Below are positions 28,271 to 42,375 of a stretch of 64,000 bases of DNA, in pieces. The position numbers and the translations under genes are program-made. A model generated the notes under the pieces. That model was not told the DNA's origin. It did no database searches and saw only the letters and a program-made list of their open reading frames with translations. Position 1 is the first letter of the stretch, and each line of letters begins with the position of its first letter. This DNA is from Eledone cirrhosa (Eukaryota), in assembly GCA_964016885.1 (NCBI GenBank), contig OZ024746.1, positions 85,126,001-85,190,000 on the forward strand. The letters run 5' to 3'.

Positions 28271-29149
28271 TCAATGGGAGGACTAGGTAAGTTATTCTCA
28301 GACCGAAGACCTAAAGAGCTGGAAAGTTTGCAACAGAGGGAACTCCTCTAAAGACATCTAAAGGTCAGGTATGGGCGTTAATCTAATAAACAATTTCCGT
28401 GTACCATCCAAGAACAGGTAGGGTCTGTTTGAGTGGCTTCCAAGCTCCCGAATACCAAATTCTACACACAAGACTTTGGTCGAGCCTAGGCAATAGCAGA
28501 AGGCATGTTGTGGTCAGCGAAATTCTTAACCCCAAAGTCATGCCAACGTCCATTATACAACGTACCCTCCCATTTCTAAGCTACTAAGATTGTGAATTGA
28601 GAGTTAGCTGCTATTTCTAGTAGATCGAGCGACTGTATACGGCTCTCCCTCACTTGTTCGTAATGGTGGTGGCCCTGCAGTATAAAATTGATCGTTTAGT
28701 GATAAAAATGGCAGACAACAAGGTACATTGATAACCTAACGTCTTAGCTTATCAACATCAGCTTCTCACTCTGCCCATTTTTCTTTCCCACAATCTCTTT
28801 CTCTCCTTTTTCTTCCCCACTTTTTCATATCTTTTTTCTCTTCTTTGTCTCTCTTTCTACCACATATAGATATTTTTTGCTATTTGTTTTTGCTTTTAGT
28901 TTTGTCTTGCTTTTTTCTTTATCTTTCTTTCATTCTTTCTGTCTTTCTTTCGCCCTTTCTTTTTGTGTATTTTCCATTTATTTATTTATTTATCTATTTG
29001 ATTTATTTACTTGTTTGTGCATTTGATGGCCAGTTACAACGGTAAATGGTAGGCATTTTCATTAGCATTTTATGGTGAAGAGGTGTTGCAGTTACATGTT
29101 CACTGACTCTCTCCCAGTAACGAGTCAAAGACTATATAAACATACATAT

Positions 29150-29271
<122 letters not shown>

Positions 29272-29703
29272 CCCTCATGCCCCACGCTCAACATTAAATC
29301 AGCGCCATAAAGATGGTGTGTTGACTGGCCGGAAAAAAAAAAAGAGGAAATAAAAAACCAAACAGGAAAAGAGAGCGACAGAGGGGAGATAATGCGTGGA
29401 GGGGAACAAGACAACAATATAACCAAGTTCTTTGGTGGCAACTAAGATTTTCATAAGATCTTATTCTGACAAATGACTTGAGTCGTAAAAAAAAGCCACT
29501 CTCAGAAGTAATCGCAATATGTATACATTTTATATGTGTGTATGTGTATGACAACCACGGTATTTTTGTTGCGTTCTCTCTAGATGTGGATCTATTCTCT
29601 CTGTGTGTGCCTGAGTGTGTATATATGTGTACACGTGCCTGTGTATTTTAGCTAGTGTGTGCATAATATTTCAATGTTTTTTGTGTATATGCATATGTAT
29701 ATT

Positions 29704-29783
<80 letters not shown>

Positions 29784-29807
29784 TATGTGTATATGCATAT
29801 GTATATT

Positions 29808-29841
<34 letters not shown>

Positions 29842-30000
29842 CATATGTATATATATATGTGTGTGTGTATGTGCATGTGTATATTTTTATATATGGGTGT
29901 AATATACATATGTGTATATGCGTTTGTATATATGACTGCACGCCATTCGCGCCTCGGTGTAGTTGATGGTGTGCAAATGTTTAAATGAATGATCATTATA

Positions 30001-30032
<32 letters not shown>

Positions 30033-30974
30033 CGTGTGTGTGTGCGCGCGAGCAATTGTGTGAGTTTGTGTATGTTTGTGTGTGTGTCTGAGAACAATTG
30101 TGTGTGCGTATGTTTGTGTATGTATGTGTAGATATATGAATATGTGTGTAATTGTATGTGTAACGGCTTATATATTTATTTATTTAGTTTGGCAAGAAAA
30201 CATCTTTGTAATGTGTTTATATTTTCTCTGGCTAGTTTTATTTCTATATTCATCACATTACACATGTGGGAGAGTTTGTCTAACTACGTACTTGTTTGTA
30301 TGCGTTTCTGTATTTGTGTGTCTGCCTGGTCTACACGCATGAGTAAACATGTGTGTGAAAATTTCCGTATAAAGTTATTTGGCACACGGCTTCATTGAGG
30401 CAACTACACTGTAAAAAAATTTTTTTTTAAATAAAAATAAAAAAAACCTGCGCACGCGCACATACACGGCCTGTATGCACCCTTATATATGGCTTACCCA
30501 TATACTACAGAGTCGGATAGCGAAACTTAAATTAGGGAAAAGAATGCCCCCCCCCCTTTCCTTGACTGCCGTCTGACTTCGAGAATCATTGTAGCTAGCT
30601 AGACTCAGATGACAGTAAGCAAGATGTACAGAGACCTTTGTTTTGTTTTGTTTTTTAGCATTGTTGTTGTTGTTTTTGTTTTGTGGGGGGCCTTTTTATC
30701 ACCCAGCGTACGTTGTAATTCCCTGACCCAGAAAATTTTAGAGGTCGACAGAGCAATATTCTCAAAACGATTTCGACTTTATAACAACGGGAAGATTTCT
30801 CAACGGTAGTCAATTAAACAATAACCTTTGACCAACACTCGGCGGCTTGACTTTGGCTAATATTATTAAAGAAGCGATATCATTATTCATTGATAGATTA
30901 GCATGTGTGATTAAATTTATGATATATAGGGTCTGTTTTATTTCCGCTCCTCTTTTAATTTCAATAGTTGTACG

Positions 30975-31007
<33 letters not shown>

Positions 31008-31113
31008 TTGCTGCTGTTGTCGTCATCGTCGTCGTTGTTTTTTAGCTTCATATTGAATGTATGTATGTATGTATGTATGTATGTATGTATGTATGTATGT
31101 ATGTATGTATTAT

Positions 31114-31726
31114 GTCAGGTCACTAGTTGGTGCTACTGGTAACATGTATCCCAGTACAACCTGTCTCATGGTCGGGTCGTTGGCGACTAAACTGGCAACC
31201 CCACCAAGGTTTCTTGGTGAGGAGGGTGACTTTGGACATCCTGCAGGACTAAAAACAAAACCTGACAAAGGGCAAAGGAGCTCTTAAGAGTCAATGGCCA
31301 TCCAAAATCTCAGGGAGAGATGACCCCTTAGCCTTTGTCAAGGCAGAATTCTAGGAGAAGGAAAACTCTGATATAACACCTGCAACCCTGATGGTATCCA
31401 ATGATGTTGACTTGTTCTTCTTTTTGGTAAATATCATCTTGGTTAAGAGAGTGGGACTGGCTTTGTGCAGTGCCTTTGCTCACTATAAAAGCTTCACGGC
31501 ACAGGCATTGCTTTATATCTGAAGATCTCTCTGCACTTGTCGTCACATGGTACCATGGGCCCAGCACTATGTGTCAATAATTGTCACAAGTGTAGTGTTT
31601 GTACCAGAGTTTTCAAGTCGCTGGCTGGACTTAAAAGTCACATTCATTCAGCGCATCGGTAGGGGTTCTCCTACATGGATATAAAGTAGTGGCCGTACTC
31701 GAAAACGAGTTGGCAGCCACCACACC
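31114..31726 (+). mobile_element. Non-autonomous bipartite RTE-derived retroposon (~610 bp) within (ATGT)n
   Basis: Begins GTCAGGTCA as at 56996 and contains GGAGAAGGAAAACTCTGA (RTE 5'-UTR-type motif). Ends with a C2H2 finger remnant (CSVCTRVFKSLAGLKSH) and a terminal stem-loop. (ATGT)n lies on both sides (31057-31110, 31727-31833). Confidence 0.8.
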
Positions 31727-31957
31727 ATGTATGTATGTATGTATTCATGCATGCATGCATACATGCATGCATGTATGTATGTATGTATGTATGTATGTAT
31801 GTATGTATGTATGTATGTATGTATGTATGTATGTTCTTGGACATTTCAAGCCTGGCGAAGCCTATCCCTATCCAGGCCTGAGTACAGCAGAATTCTTCTA
31901 GAGAAATATACAAAGTGATAGAGAAGAAATGAGAACGAGATATATAGGGAGACTCTA

Positions 31958-32375
31958 CCCCAGTACTAGACTGGTACTTCTTTTATCGACCTCGAAAGGA
32001 TGAAAGGCAAAGTTGACCTCAGCAGAAAGCCGGAACGAATACCATAAAGTGACTCTGCCAATTCGCCATCTTACTTCATATTAACTAGGCTCAAATCTTT
32101 CTAACTCTGACCATTCTATTTTCTCTTTTCATTTTTTTTTTTTTTATTGTTGCAGATAGAACTACATTAGCCCATGTTTCCATTTTAAAGACTTTTTGTT
32201 AATATATATTTTTAGTGGAGGATTTGTTTATTCATTGGGTCTGTTAAGAATGAGTAATAATAATTTGTTGCATAGGCACAAGGCAAGAAATTTAGTGGGA
32301 GGGGAAGAATCAATTATATCGATACCAGTACTTGACTGATAATTATTTCCTAGCATCTTATCCCATCAGGATAAA
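31958..32375 (-). mobile_element. Two degraded SINE pieces
   Basis: GGTACTTCTTTTATCGACCTCGAAAGGATGAAAGGCAAAGTTGACCTC (31973-32020) and a tail piece at 32265-32375. Confidence 0.65.
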
Positions 32376-33166
32376 AAATAAAGTCAAGTACTTTCACTCT
32401 TTTTTTTTTCTCTCTCAATCTCGTTCTCTCGTCCTTTTTCTTCTCTTCTTCTTCAGCCTATCCCCCCCCCCTCTCTCTCTTTCTCTCTCTCTCTCTCTTA
32501 ACTCTTAAATTCGGTAGGTAGCAGGCTGTATTTTTGCTAAGCTCCACCACCCAGCCACATTCCTTTGAAGAAAGTCTAATTTTTTCCTAATTTTTTCCCA
32601 ATTATTTTCCCAATTTTTCCCTTTTCCAACATGTCTATGCTGCCCATTTCACCTGCTATGTCTGTTGTCTAATTATTTCTAGTCGTAATACTTTTATCCA
32701 TTTTGGTTGAAAGACACCCGTCATTTTTTTCTTTCCATTCTTTATTTTGTTATTTTGTTATCTTACATGCATCTCACGAATAGAAAGAAACATTACCAAT
32801 TTATTGTATAAAACTGCAGTGTGGCTAACGAGGTAGAGATGCAGCTGTATGTTCGTTTTATGTAACTGTTTTTTTTTTTTTTTGTTTTGTTTTCTGTGTG
32901 CATTTTCTGCTGATACTACAAATCTATAATACTTATAAAAAGGAAGTTTTTTTCACCGTGGACCGCTAATAACATCAAATAAAATTGGTAATAATTAAGA
33001 GTTTTCGTGTGATTTCAACTAATCTAACCTCCGAAAACGGAATTGGAGGATGAGGTGAGGAGATTTTACTGCCCTTTCTAGCAGAGAGACTCGTCCTGGT
33101 TTACACATTCATATAATTTCTCTTTATATATATCTCTCTTTCTCACTCTATTTCTCTCTACCTAGC

Positions 33167-33249
<83 letters not shown>

Positions 33250-33292
33250 CATGATATTAAATAAATGGAAACTATTTATAAAACCATATTTA

Positions 33293-33342
33293 TTTTATTA
33301 TATATATCAAGGGCAACCTTGGTGCGCTTTCATCAGATAAAA
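33293..33342 (-). ncRNA. Family A hammerhead, degenerate (GAAA reduced to GA)
   Basis: Minus strand TTTTAT-CTGATGA-AAGCGCACCAAGGTTGCCCTT-GA-TATATATA-ATAAAA. Confidence 0.55.
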
Positions 33343-33427
33343 TACAAAGTTTGTTTTATAAATAAAGACATAACCATGAAGATTCAACCTTTCCATATAT
33401 ATATATGAATTTTGTTTGTTTAGTAAT

Positions 33428-33590
33428 AATTGTTTCTATTTTTGGCACAAGGCCAGCAATTACCCAGTGTATTACTGGTACTTTATTTTATCGACCCCGT
33501 AAGGCTGAAAGGCAAAGTTAACCTCGGCGGGATTTGAACTCAGAATGGCAAGGGCCGTAACTCTATGCGTCAAAGCATGGCGTCCGACCC
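33428..33590 (-). mobile_element. Young tRNA-type SINE subfamily copy
   Basis: Near-identical to 40520-40700 and 46753-46913. Confidence 0.85.
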
Positions 33591-33860
33591 TAGTAATAAT
33601 TAAAGTTGTTTGTGTTTTCAACTAATCTAAACTTTGACATGCTAGCAATCCACTTTTTCTCTGAAAACGGAGTCATGGAGGGGTGGGGACTTTCGGAGTT
33701 ACTTATAAGCACCTCTCAGCCGTTTAAATCTATAGAAAAGCAATCCCTTGATACTAAAGGATGTTTTGATCCTTCATCATTTTGTGCTGTTGTGGAAACA
33801 GTTGTAAACTTAATCAAATGTTCTCAAATTTCGAAATTCACCATTCTAATGGCCGTGTGA

Positions 33861-34225
33861 AGGAGCAAGTCCCAAGGTGAAACACTGCACGTTGTCGGTT
33901 TCCATCTAGAAGAGCGCTGTTTCTCATATGGTCAATTGTATGGAGATTGTTCCAGAGTAGGAAGCCCCCACAAACTCTTCATATATGCTCCAAAGAAAAA
34001 AGTCAAAAAGATTGTATATAACGAAGTTCTGTAGATTTCCATAGAATACATTTTTTCTATTATCTTCATTACTTTCTGTATTTAGATATACTAAATATTT
34101 TTTTAACTATGTTATGCAATATTTAAATACCTTTGAACATGTTTTATTTTAAAGGAAATGGGAATTACGATAGATACTAATAGGTGCCTTATAAATAGAT
34201 ATAGTATCGGGAGGCTGGTAGTATA
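33861..34225 (+). mobile_element. Helitron 3' fragment (PIF1-type helicase C-terminus plus degenerate 3' end)
   Basis: 33867-34034 encodes KSQGETLHVVGFHLEERCFSYGQLYGDCSRVGSPHKLFIYAP...IVYNEVL*, the KSQG / FSHGQLYVA.SRV / NIVY.EVL pattern of Helitron helicases. Confidence 0.85.
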
Positions 34226-34279
34226 TACATAAAGTTGAACATAGTTTTGATTGATTATCGATCATTTGATTGATTATCG

Positions 34280-34318
<39 letters not shown>

Positions 34319-35076
34319 GGATATGAATTTCGATTCCTCGTAGCGTCGCTGACCACGTTTCTCATCGATAAGGAGCCTTTACCCGATTTTCTAAGAGACT
34401 ATTTATTCATGAGACTACCCTTTGTTGAGAAGATCTATACCCGCAGTTATCACTAAGCGTACCAAAGATTATATTCTCCCCCAATGCAAGCTATCATTCA
34501 ATATTTAATCAAATTGAATTTTGAAGTTGTTTCGCTTTCCTTTCTTGAAAATAATTATCATTAACGCTTGTGATTCTTCCGTTCATTACAGATGTAATAC
34601 TGAATGAAAACATCGTGGTGGGAGAGAGAGCTCACTTCATTAAATATGTTAGCTTCCATTTAACTATATGGAAACAGCCCAAATTGCTAACTGTGACTAT
34701 ACATAAAATTGTTCGCCGTGCCGGCCTTTTGAGTGCAACCTTAGATAACATACACAACGTTTAGATATATGTTTACCCCATCTCCTAAATATCTGCTTTA
34801 TATATGTTCATTCTTTTATAGACTAAACAACATATTCCCTTATAAAATAGTCGTGTGTGTGCGTGTGTGTGTATGCGTGAGTGCGAGTGTCTGTGTGTGT
34901 GAATACACACGCCCACACCCACCCACACACATACATATACACTCATATATACATACACATATATATGTGAGCTTTTATGGATGCATTTATAAGTATATAT
35001 ATGTGTGTATTTATATATATATATATGTATATGTATATATATATAAGTATATGTATATGATATATATGTATACATG

Positions 35077-35135
<59 letters not shown>

Positions 35136-35150
35136 ATATGATAAATATGT

Positions 35151-35249
<99 letters not shown>

Positions 35250-35294
35250 GATATATATATACATATATTAAACACACACACACACATATATATG

Positions 35295-35376
<82 letters not shown>

Positions 35377-35859
35377 ACACATGCGCACATACATACACAC
35401 ACACACACATACATACATACATACATAAATACATACATACATACATACATACATACATACATACATACATACATACATACATACATACATACATACATAC
35501 ATAGATATAGATATATACACGCTTATATGCATACACACATGCAAAGTTTAGCGAGAGCTTTCTGCTCGGTCAAACAGTAAACTGCGTAAAACTGTACGTC
35601 CTTCACGCTCTGTTGCATCGAGGGACCATCAATAAGATATTGGTCGGTTGTCTTGTCCAACGCGGATTTGATAGATGAAGAAAACAGACATAAAACAGTT
35701 AGAAAAAGCTGAAGGTTTGACAAGGGTGAGGGCAGAGACCGAAGAAACAGCACCAACAACGGCAGTAAAATAATAATAAAAACAAACAAAAAAAGAGCAC
35801 ACGTATCAGAACATGGATGGATGCTGAACCTTACTAAAGCAGGGTGTTTGTGGTTTTAG

Positions 35860-36127
35860 TAGTAATTATTGTTGTTGTTGTTTGTGGTGGTGGTGGTGGT
35901 GTTTGTGGTGGCGGTGGTGGTGGTGGTGGTGATGGTGGTGATGGAGGTGGTGGTGGTGGTGTTTGTGGAGGTGTTGTTGTTGTTGTTGGTGGTGGTAGTG
36001 GTGGTGGTGGTGGTGATGGAGGTGGTGGTGGTGTTGTTGTTGTTGTTTTTGTTGGTGGTGGTGGTGTTGTTTGTGGTGGCGGTGGTGGTGGTGGTGGTGA
36101 TGGTGGTGGTGATGGTGGTGGTGGCGG

Positions 36128-36158
<31 letters not shown>

Positions 36159-36302
36159 GGTGGTGGTGGTGTTGTTTGTTGTTGTTGGTAGTGGTGGTGT
36201 TGTTGTTGGTGGTGGTGGTGTTGTTGTTGTTGTTGTTGTTGGTGGTGGTGGTGTTGTTGTTGTTGGTGGTGGTGGTGTTGTTGTTGTTGGTGGTGGTGGT
36301 GG

Positions 36303-36333
<31 letters not shown>

Positions 36334-36359
36334 GTTGTTGTTGTTGTTGGTGGTGGTGG

Positions 36360-36390
<31 letters not shown>

Positions 36391-36530
36391 GGTGTTGTTG
36401 TTGTTGTTGTTGGTGGTGGTGGTGTTGTTGTTGTTGTTGGTGGTAGTGTTGTTGTTGTTGTTGTTGTTGGTGGTGGTGTTGTTGTTGTTGGTGGTGGTGG
36501 TGGTGGTGTTGTTGTTGTTGGTGGTGGTGG

Positions 36531-36576
<46 letters not shown>

Positions 36577-36605
36577 GGTGGTGTTGTTGTTGTTGGTGGT
36601 GGTGG

Positions 36606-36636
<31 letters not shown>

Positions 36637-36638
36637 GG

Positions 36639-36669
<31 letters not shown>

Positions 36670-36728
36670 GTTGTTGTTGTTGTTGGTGGTGGTGTTGTTG
36701 TTGTTGTTGTTGTTGTTGTTGGTGGTGG

Positions 36729-36759
<31 letters not shown>

Positions 36760-36970
36760 GTTGTTGTTGTTGGTGGTGGTGGTGTTGTTGTTGTTGTGTT
36801 GTTGGTGGTGGTGTTGTTGTTGGTGGTGGTGTTGTTGTTGTTGTTAGTGGTGGTGGTGGTGGTGTTGTTGTTGTTGGTGTTGTTGTTGTTGGTGGTGGTG
36901 GTGGTGGTGGTGGTGGTGGTGTTGTTGTTGTTGGTGGTGGTGGTGGTGGTGGTGGTGTTGTTGGTGGTGG

Positions 36971-37031
<61 letters not shown>

Positions 37032-37053
37032 GGTGTTGTTGGTGGTGGTGTTG

Positions 37054-37085
<32 letters not shown>

Positions 37086-37183
37086 GTTGTTGTTGTTGGT
37101 GGTGGTGGTGGTGGTGGTAGTTGTGGTGGTGTTGTTGTTGTTGGTGGTGGTGGTGGTGTTGTTGTTGGTGGTGGTGGTGGTGG

Positions 37184-37214
<31 letters not shown>

Positions 37215-37543
37215 GTTGTTGTTGGTGGTGGTGTTGTTGTTGTTGGTGGTGGTGGTGGTGTTGTTATTGGTGGTGGTGGTGTTGTTGTTGCTGTTGTTGG
37301 TGGTGGTGATGTTGTTGTTGCTGTTGTTATTGGTGGTGGTGGTGTTGTTGTTGGTGGTGTTGCTGTTGTTGGTGGTGGTGGTGGTGGTGGTGGTGTTGTT
37401 GTTGTTGTTGGTGGTGGTGGTGTTGTTGTTGTTGGTGGTGGTGGTGGTGTTGTTGTTGTTGGTGGTGGTGGTGTTGTTGTTGTTGGTGGTGGTGGTGGTG
37501 TTGTTGTTGTTGGTGGTGGTGGTGGTGTTGTTGGTGGTGGTGG

Positions 37544-37574
<31 letters not shown>

Positions 37575-39010
37575 GGTGCTGTTGTTGGTGGTGGTGGTGG
37601 TGTTGTTGTTGGTGGTGGTGATTGTGGTGTTGTTGTTGGTGTTGTTGGTGGTGGTGTTGTTGATAGTGGTGGTGGTGTTGTTGTTGGTGGTGGTGGTGTT
37701 GTTGTTGGTGGTGGTGGTGTTGTTGTTGGTGGTGGTGGTGTTGTTGTTGGTGGTGGTGGTGGTGGTGGTGGTGGTGGTGTTGTTGGTGGTGGTGGTGTTG
37801 TTGTTGGTGGTGGTGGTGTTGTTGTTGGTGGTGGTGGTGTTGTTGTTGGTGGTGGTGGTGGTGGTGGTGGTGTTGTTGTTGTTGGTGGTGGTGGTGGTGA
37901 TTTTGTTCTCGTTGTTGCTAGCTTCCCGATGATGGTTGTTTGCTACACTTTATTGTTTTTTGTTGATGTTGCTGATGATGGTAAGGTTGATGCTGCTGCT
38001 GCTGCTGCTGGTGATGATGATGATGACGATCGTTGTAATGATGAATGTGTTTGTGATGATGATTGATTGTTTTTGTTTTACTTGCTTTTGATTTCGTTAG
38101 TGATGATGATGATGAGGAGAAGGAGGAGGGGGAAGGGGTGGGAGGAGATAGTGTTGGTAGTGGGAGTGCTGGTGGTGGTGTTGCTGGTGGTGCTGGTTGG
38201 GGACAGTTTTGCCGGTGGTGGTGCTGCTAGTGGTGGTGGTGTTGGTGGTGGTGGTGGTGGTGGTGGTGTTCGTGGTATTGGACGTCCACCAGTCGAGATG
38301 AAAGCAGTAGTGACAATGGTTATTATAGTGATAGTACTAGTAGACCGTCTGTGATGCTAGTGGTGGTGGTGGTGGTGGTGGTGGTGGTGGTGGTGGTGGT
38401 GGTGGTGGTTCGTGGTATTGGACGTCCACCAGTCGAGATGAAAGCAGTAGTGACAATGGTTATTATAGTGATAGTACTAGTAGACCGTCTGTGATGCTAG
38501 TAGTGGTGGTGGTGGTGGTGGTGGTGGTGGTGGTGTGGTGGTGGTGGTGGTTGTAGTGGTGATGGTGGTGGTGGTGGTGGTGGTGGTGGTGGTGGTGGTG
38601 TGGTGGTGGTGGTTGTAGTGGTGATGGTGGTGGTGGTGGTGGTGGTGGTGGTGGTGGTGGTGGTGGTGGTGGTGGTGGTGGTGGTGGTGGTGGTGGTGTG
38701 GTGGTGGTGGTGGTGGTTGTAGTGGATGGAGAATCGGTGGTTTTGGTGGCGGTGGTGGTGGTGGTGGTAGTGATGGTGGTGGTGGTGGTGGTGGTGGTGG
38801 TGGTGGTGGTGGCAGTGGTGGCAGTGGTGGTGGTGGTGGTGGTGCTGGTGGTGGTACTGCTGCTCCTGCTGGTGGTGGTGCTGGTGGTGGTGATGGTGGT
38901 GGTGGTGGTGGTGGTGGCAGTGGCGGTGGTGGTGGTGGTGCTGGTGGTGATGGTGGTGGTGGTGGATGGAGGGGCAGTGGTGTTGGTGTTGGAGGTGGTT
39001 GCAATGGTCT
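35860..39010 (+). repeat. GGT/GTT trinucleotide arrays with unique islands
   Basis: Directly visible at 35860-37900 and 38150-39010. Confidence 0.95.
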
Positions 39011-39324
39011 TGGTACTGGTGAAAAGACAGTATCAGTAAACAATGGATGTAGTTACAAATACAAGAAAGTTCAGGTTTTAAATAAAAAGAGACGTCAACA
39101 ATGCAATGTAGTTTGGTGGATTAGTTTGTTAAACGTCTGACAGACAGATAGACAGATACAACGTAAGATTGTCTGCTAGATTGACAGGCAATCGACTAGC
39201 CACATAAAGAATTTAACGCTTTCTCTAAACTTTTACTAGTTATTAAATGGTTTAAATAAATGGCCGACTGTTATAGCTATCTGGTTAAGAATTCCACACA
39301 TGTTACGAAGAGTACACTCTATAT

Positions 39325-39605
39325 CAGTCATGGGCAACCTGCGGCCCTCGCAGTTTTCTGAATGGCTCGCCTAAGTCACCTAAGTGAAATCTTTCTGATT
39401 TTTTTACCCCAACTTTTCAGTCGTAATTTATCTTTTTATCATTTTTTACGATCGAGGAAAACAACGTGTACGAATTCTGAAGAAACAACCTGAGTTTCTG
39501 CCCTTTTTTTTTAATGTGGGCACGAATGTAAATTAGCCCTTGCGGCCCACCAGATGATGAGCCATATCTCATGCGGCCCGCTTCTCGAAAAAGGTTGCCC
39601 ATGTG
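39325..39605. mobile_element. hAT MITE, 281 bp
   Basis: Ends CAGTCATGGGCAACCT / AGGTTGCCCATGTG. Perfect 8-bp TSD CTCTATAT. Internal TGCGGCCC repeats. Confidence 0.9.
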
Positions 39606-40519
39606 CTCTATATAATAGTAACAACTCAAAAAAAAAAAAAAACAACAACAACAGTGCACACACACCCACGGCACACAGAGCTGTCCTCGGCAATAAAATG
39701 ACAGCCGGTAATAATAAGACTAATGTTAATAATAATAATAATATCTTCTAAAATGGTTATAACTAAGAGGCAACGAAAGATGAACTGAGGAGTAGACGTC
39801 AACTAAACAATGAACGAGGTTGGTATAAATGGAAAAACAGACAAAAGGAAATAGAAATCAAAGCTTTGAGAAGAATGGGAAGTGATCCCGACCCAAAGCA
39901 CACACACACAAACATACACAAACATACACAAACACACACACATGAACACACACAGGCATACATACATATATACATACATACACACAAAAAGAGGGTGCAG
40001 TGAAGGAAGTTGTCAGAACTTCTATTGTTTATAGCTTGTTGGCCATAAGAAACAATTTCGGCGTTTAGAGAGAAGTAGAGTCACTTCATGTCAAATGAGC
40101 CATTGTTATAGAATATCAAGTGTTTAAGAACTTAAAACCTTCCCCGCACCAAATCGAAGATCTAAATCAAATCGGTGGATCTCCTTCTCTAACTAAGGTT
40201 TCTGTTAAATTTGATTATATAAAGAAAAGAAAGTATGGTCTAAAATATAAAAATGGAAGTAGAAGAAAAGAAATATGTTCTTTATTTTCTGCAAGGCATA
40301 AAAAGATTGCATTGACAACTGCACTATAATGATGGACTCTACAGCAGTTTCAACGATGAGCATTCAGTTGGTTGGTCTACTGAACGTCCTACTCGAGGCA
40401 ATAAAAAAACGTCCTACACGAAATGCAATAGGAACCACGTTCGTGTACCGGCCTGTCTTTCTGTCACGATTTAGCACAAGCCACCATTGGTGAAACTTTG
40501 AACTCCCTGTCATTAATAA

Positions 40520-40700
40520 ATAATTGTTTCTACTGGCACAAGGCCAGCAAATTACCCAGTGTATTACTGGTACTTTATTTTATCGACCCCGTAAGGATGA
40601 AAGGCAAAGTTAACCTCGGCGAGATTTGAACTCAGAATGGCAAGGGCCGTAACTCTATGCGTCAAAGCATGGCGTCCGACTCTCTACCGATACTGCCGAG
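40520..40700 (-). mobile_element. Young tRNA-type SINE subfamily copy
   Basis: CTGGTACTTTATTTTATCGACCCCGTAAGGATGAAAGGCAAAGTTAACCTCGGCGAGATTTGAACTCAGAA. Confidence 0.85.
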
Positions 40701-42004
40701 TTGTTTTATACATTTGAAAACACTCACTTATATGTCTTAAATCATTATACACAGGAGTATTTTAATGCCATTTGTGGAAAGAATAAGGGAACGAATTTAT
40801 CAAATTTTAAAATAGATTTATTCTTAAGATTATTCATTTCATCATATCCATCATCATTACGTATATAAATAAACCTTCATGCCATTCCAAAGTTCTGAAA
40901 ATTTGTTTTGTAGCTGAATTTCTGTTATTCCCTGAACTCGCAATTTATCTACAGATTAAGTTTTAGTTGAATAAACAGTAGCCTTTGTTAAAATAATTAA
41001 TATTTTTAATTAATAACGAATTATAATAAAGTGTTCAATTGACAATAAACTAGATGCATTTGATTTCTAAATGTTCTTTGCAGATTAATTCTATCACACA
41101 TTGAAATAAAGTTATAAAAACATTTTAAATTTATAATTTTAAATTGCACAAGAACGTTATAATGACTCAGCCTCGTTCTTACATCATAAATGGCGCCATG
41201 TTTCTCATATCTTCAATTCGTCGTCATTTCTTTTGATTTCTACATTCACTTTTCCCTAATGTATCAAAACAATCAGTTTTAAGTAACATGCTTTCATTAT
41301 CATCATCATCATCACCATCATCATCACGGCGTAACAACGTTCACTAATACCACCGATGTCTCCACCTCACCATCACCAGTATTTACAGTAGCATTACTAT
41401 TAACCCTATTAGTACCACCACTTATATTAGCCACACGCCTATCCAACAATTATCCCGTCTTCAACAGCAAAAAGCAATAACACAATTACAATCAAGACCA
41501 CTAATATTATACGTTCACACATTCACATGCACAGACACATATACACACACAAACACATGTATACGCATGTATACACATATACACGCAGGCACATGTGCAC
41601 TTCTACCACAAACAACTACAATGTCGAGTCCCTACCTAATTGCTCGACCTACTAGACAGAGCAAACATCTCTTAATTCGCTTTAGAAAAGAACAGATCGG
41701 ATGATATACTTCTGTGTTAATAGTATGCATGAAAAAGATGGAATAGTTATGGATGGAATGCGTTTAAGAATAGTTCTCCTTGATCAGACAGAGTTGAGAC
41801 TAAATAACAACAACACTGAGTCAATAAGAGAACGTCTAGTTGACTTGCTAGAAAATAGGAGCAAAATACATTTCTCTCAAATCAAACATTAACATATTTT
41901 ATTTTAATGGAAAGAGTTGCCATGCCTGGAACAACTCTGATCGTATTTTACTGCATCAGAAAGCGAACACCACCAACAACAACAACAACAGCATTATTAT
42001 TATA

Positions 42005-42300
42005 AGGGCGGTGGATTGTCGGAATCGGTAGAGCGTCGGACAACATGCTTTTCAGCATAGAGTTACGGCCCTTTACGCCCTGAGTTCAAATACCACCGAG
42101 GTTAGCTTTGCTTTTCATCCTTACGAAAGGTCGATTTAATCAACTTTTCCCCTCCCCAAAAATTGCTGGTCTTGTGCCTAAAGTAGAAACAATTATCATT
42201 GGTTAACTTTGCCTTTCATCCTTACAGGGTCGATAAAGTAAAGTACCAGTAATACGCTAGGGTGATTGCTGGACTTGTGCCAAAAGTAGAAACAATTATT
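42005..42300 (+). mobile_element. SINE plus tandem 3' half copy
   Basis: A-box-like head GGCGGTGGATTGTCGGAATCGGTAGAGCG and B box GAGTTCAAATACC. The core and tail occur twice. Confidence 0.8.
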
Positions 42301-42341
42301 ATTAACATGTCTAAGTCATAAATGTTACGAACAGTATCAAC

Positions 42342-42375
<34 letters not shown>

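Noticed and set aside
30912-30931. Loose resemblance to miR-10 on the minus strand
   Set aside because: Several mismatches including the seed, and no precursor hairpin seen.
35844-39043. Gly/Val/Leu and poly-Pro/His ORFs
   Set aside because: GGT/GTT trinucleotide artefacts.
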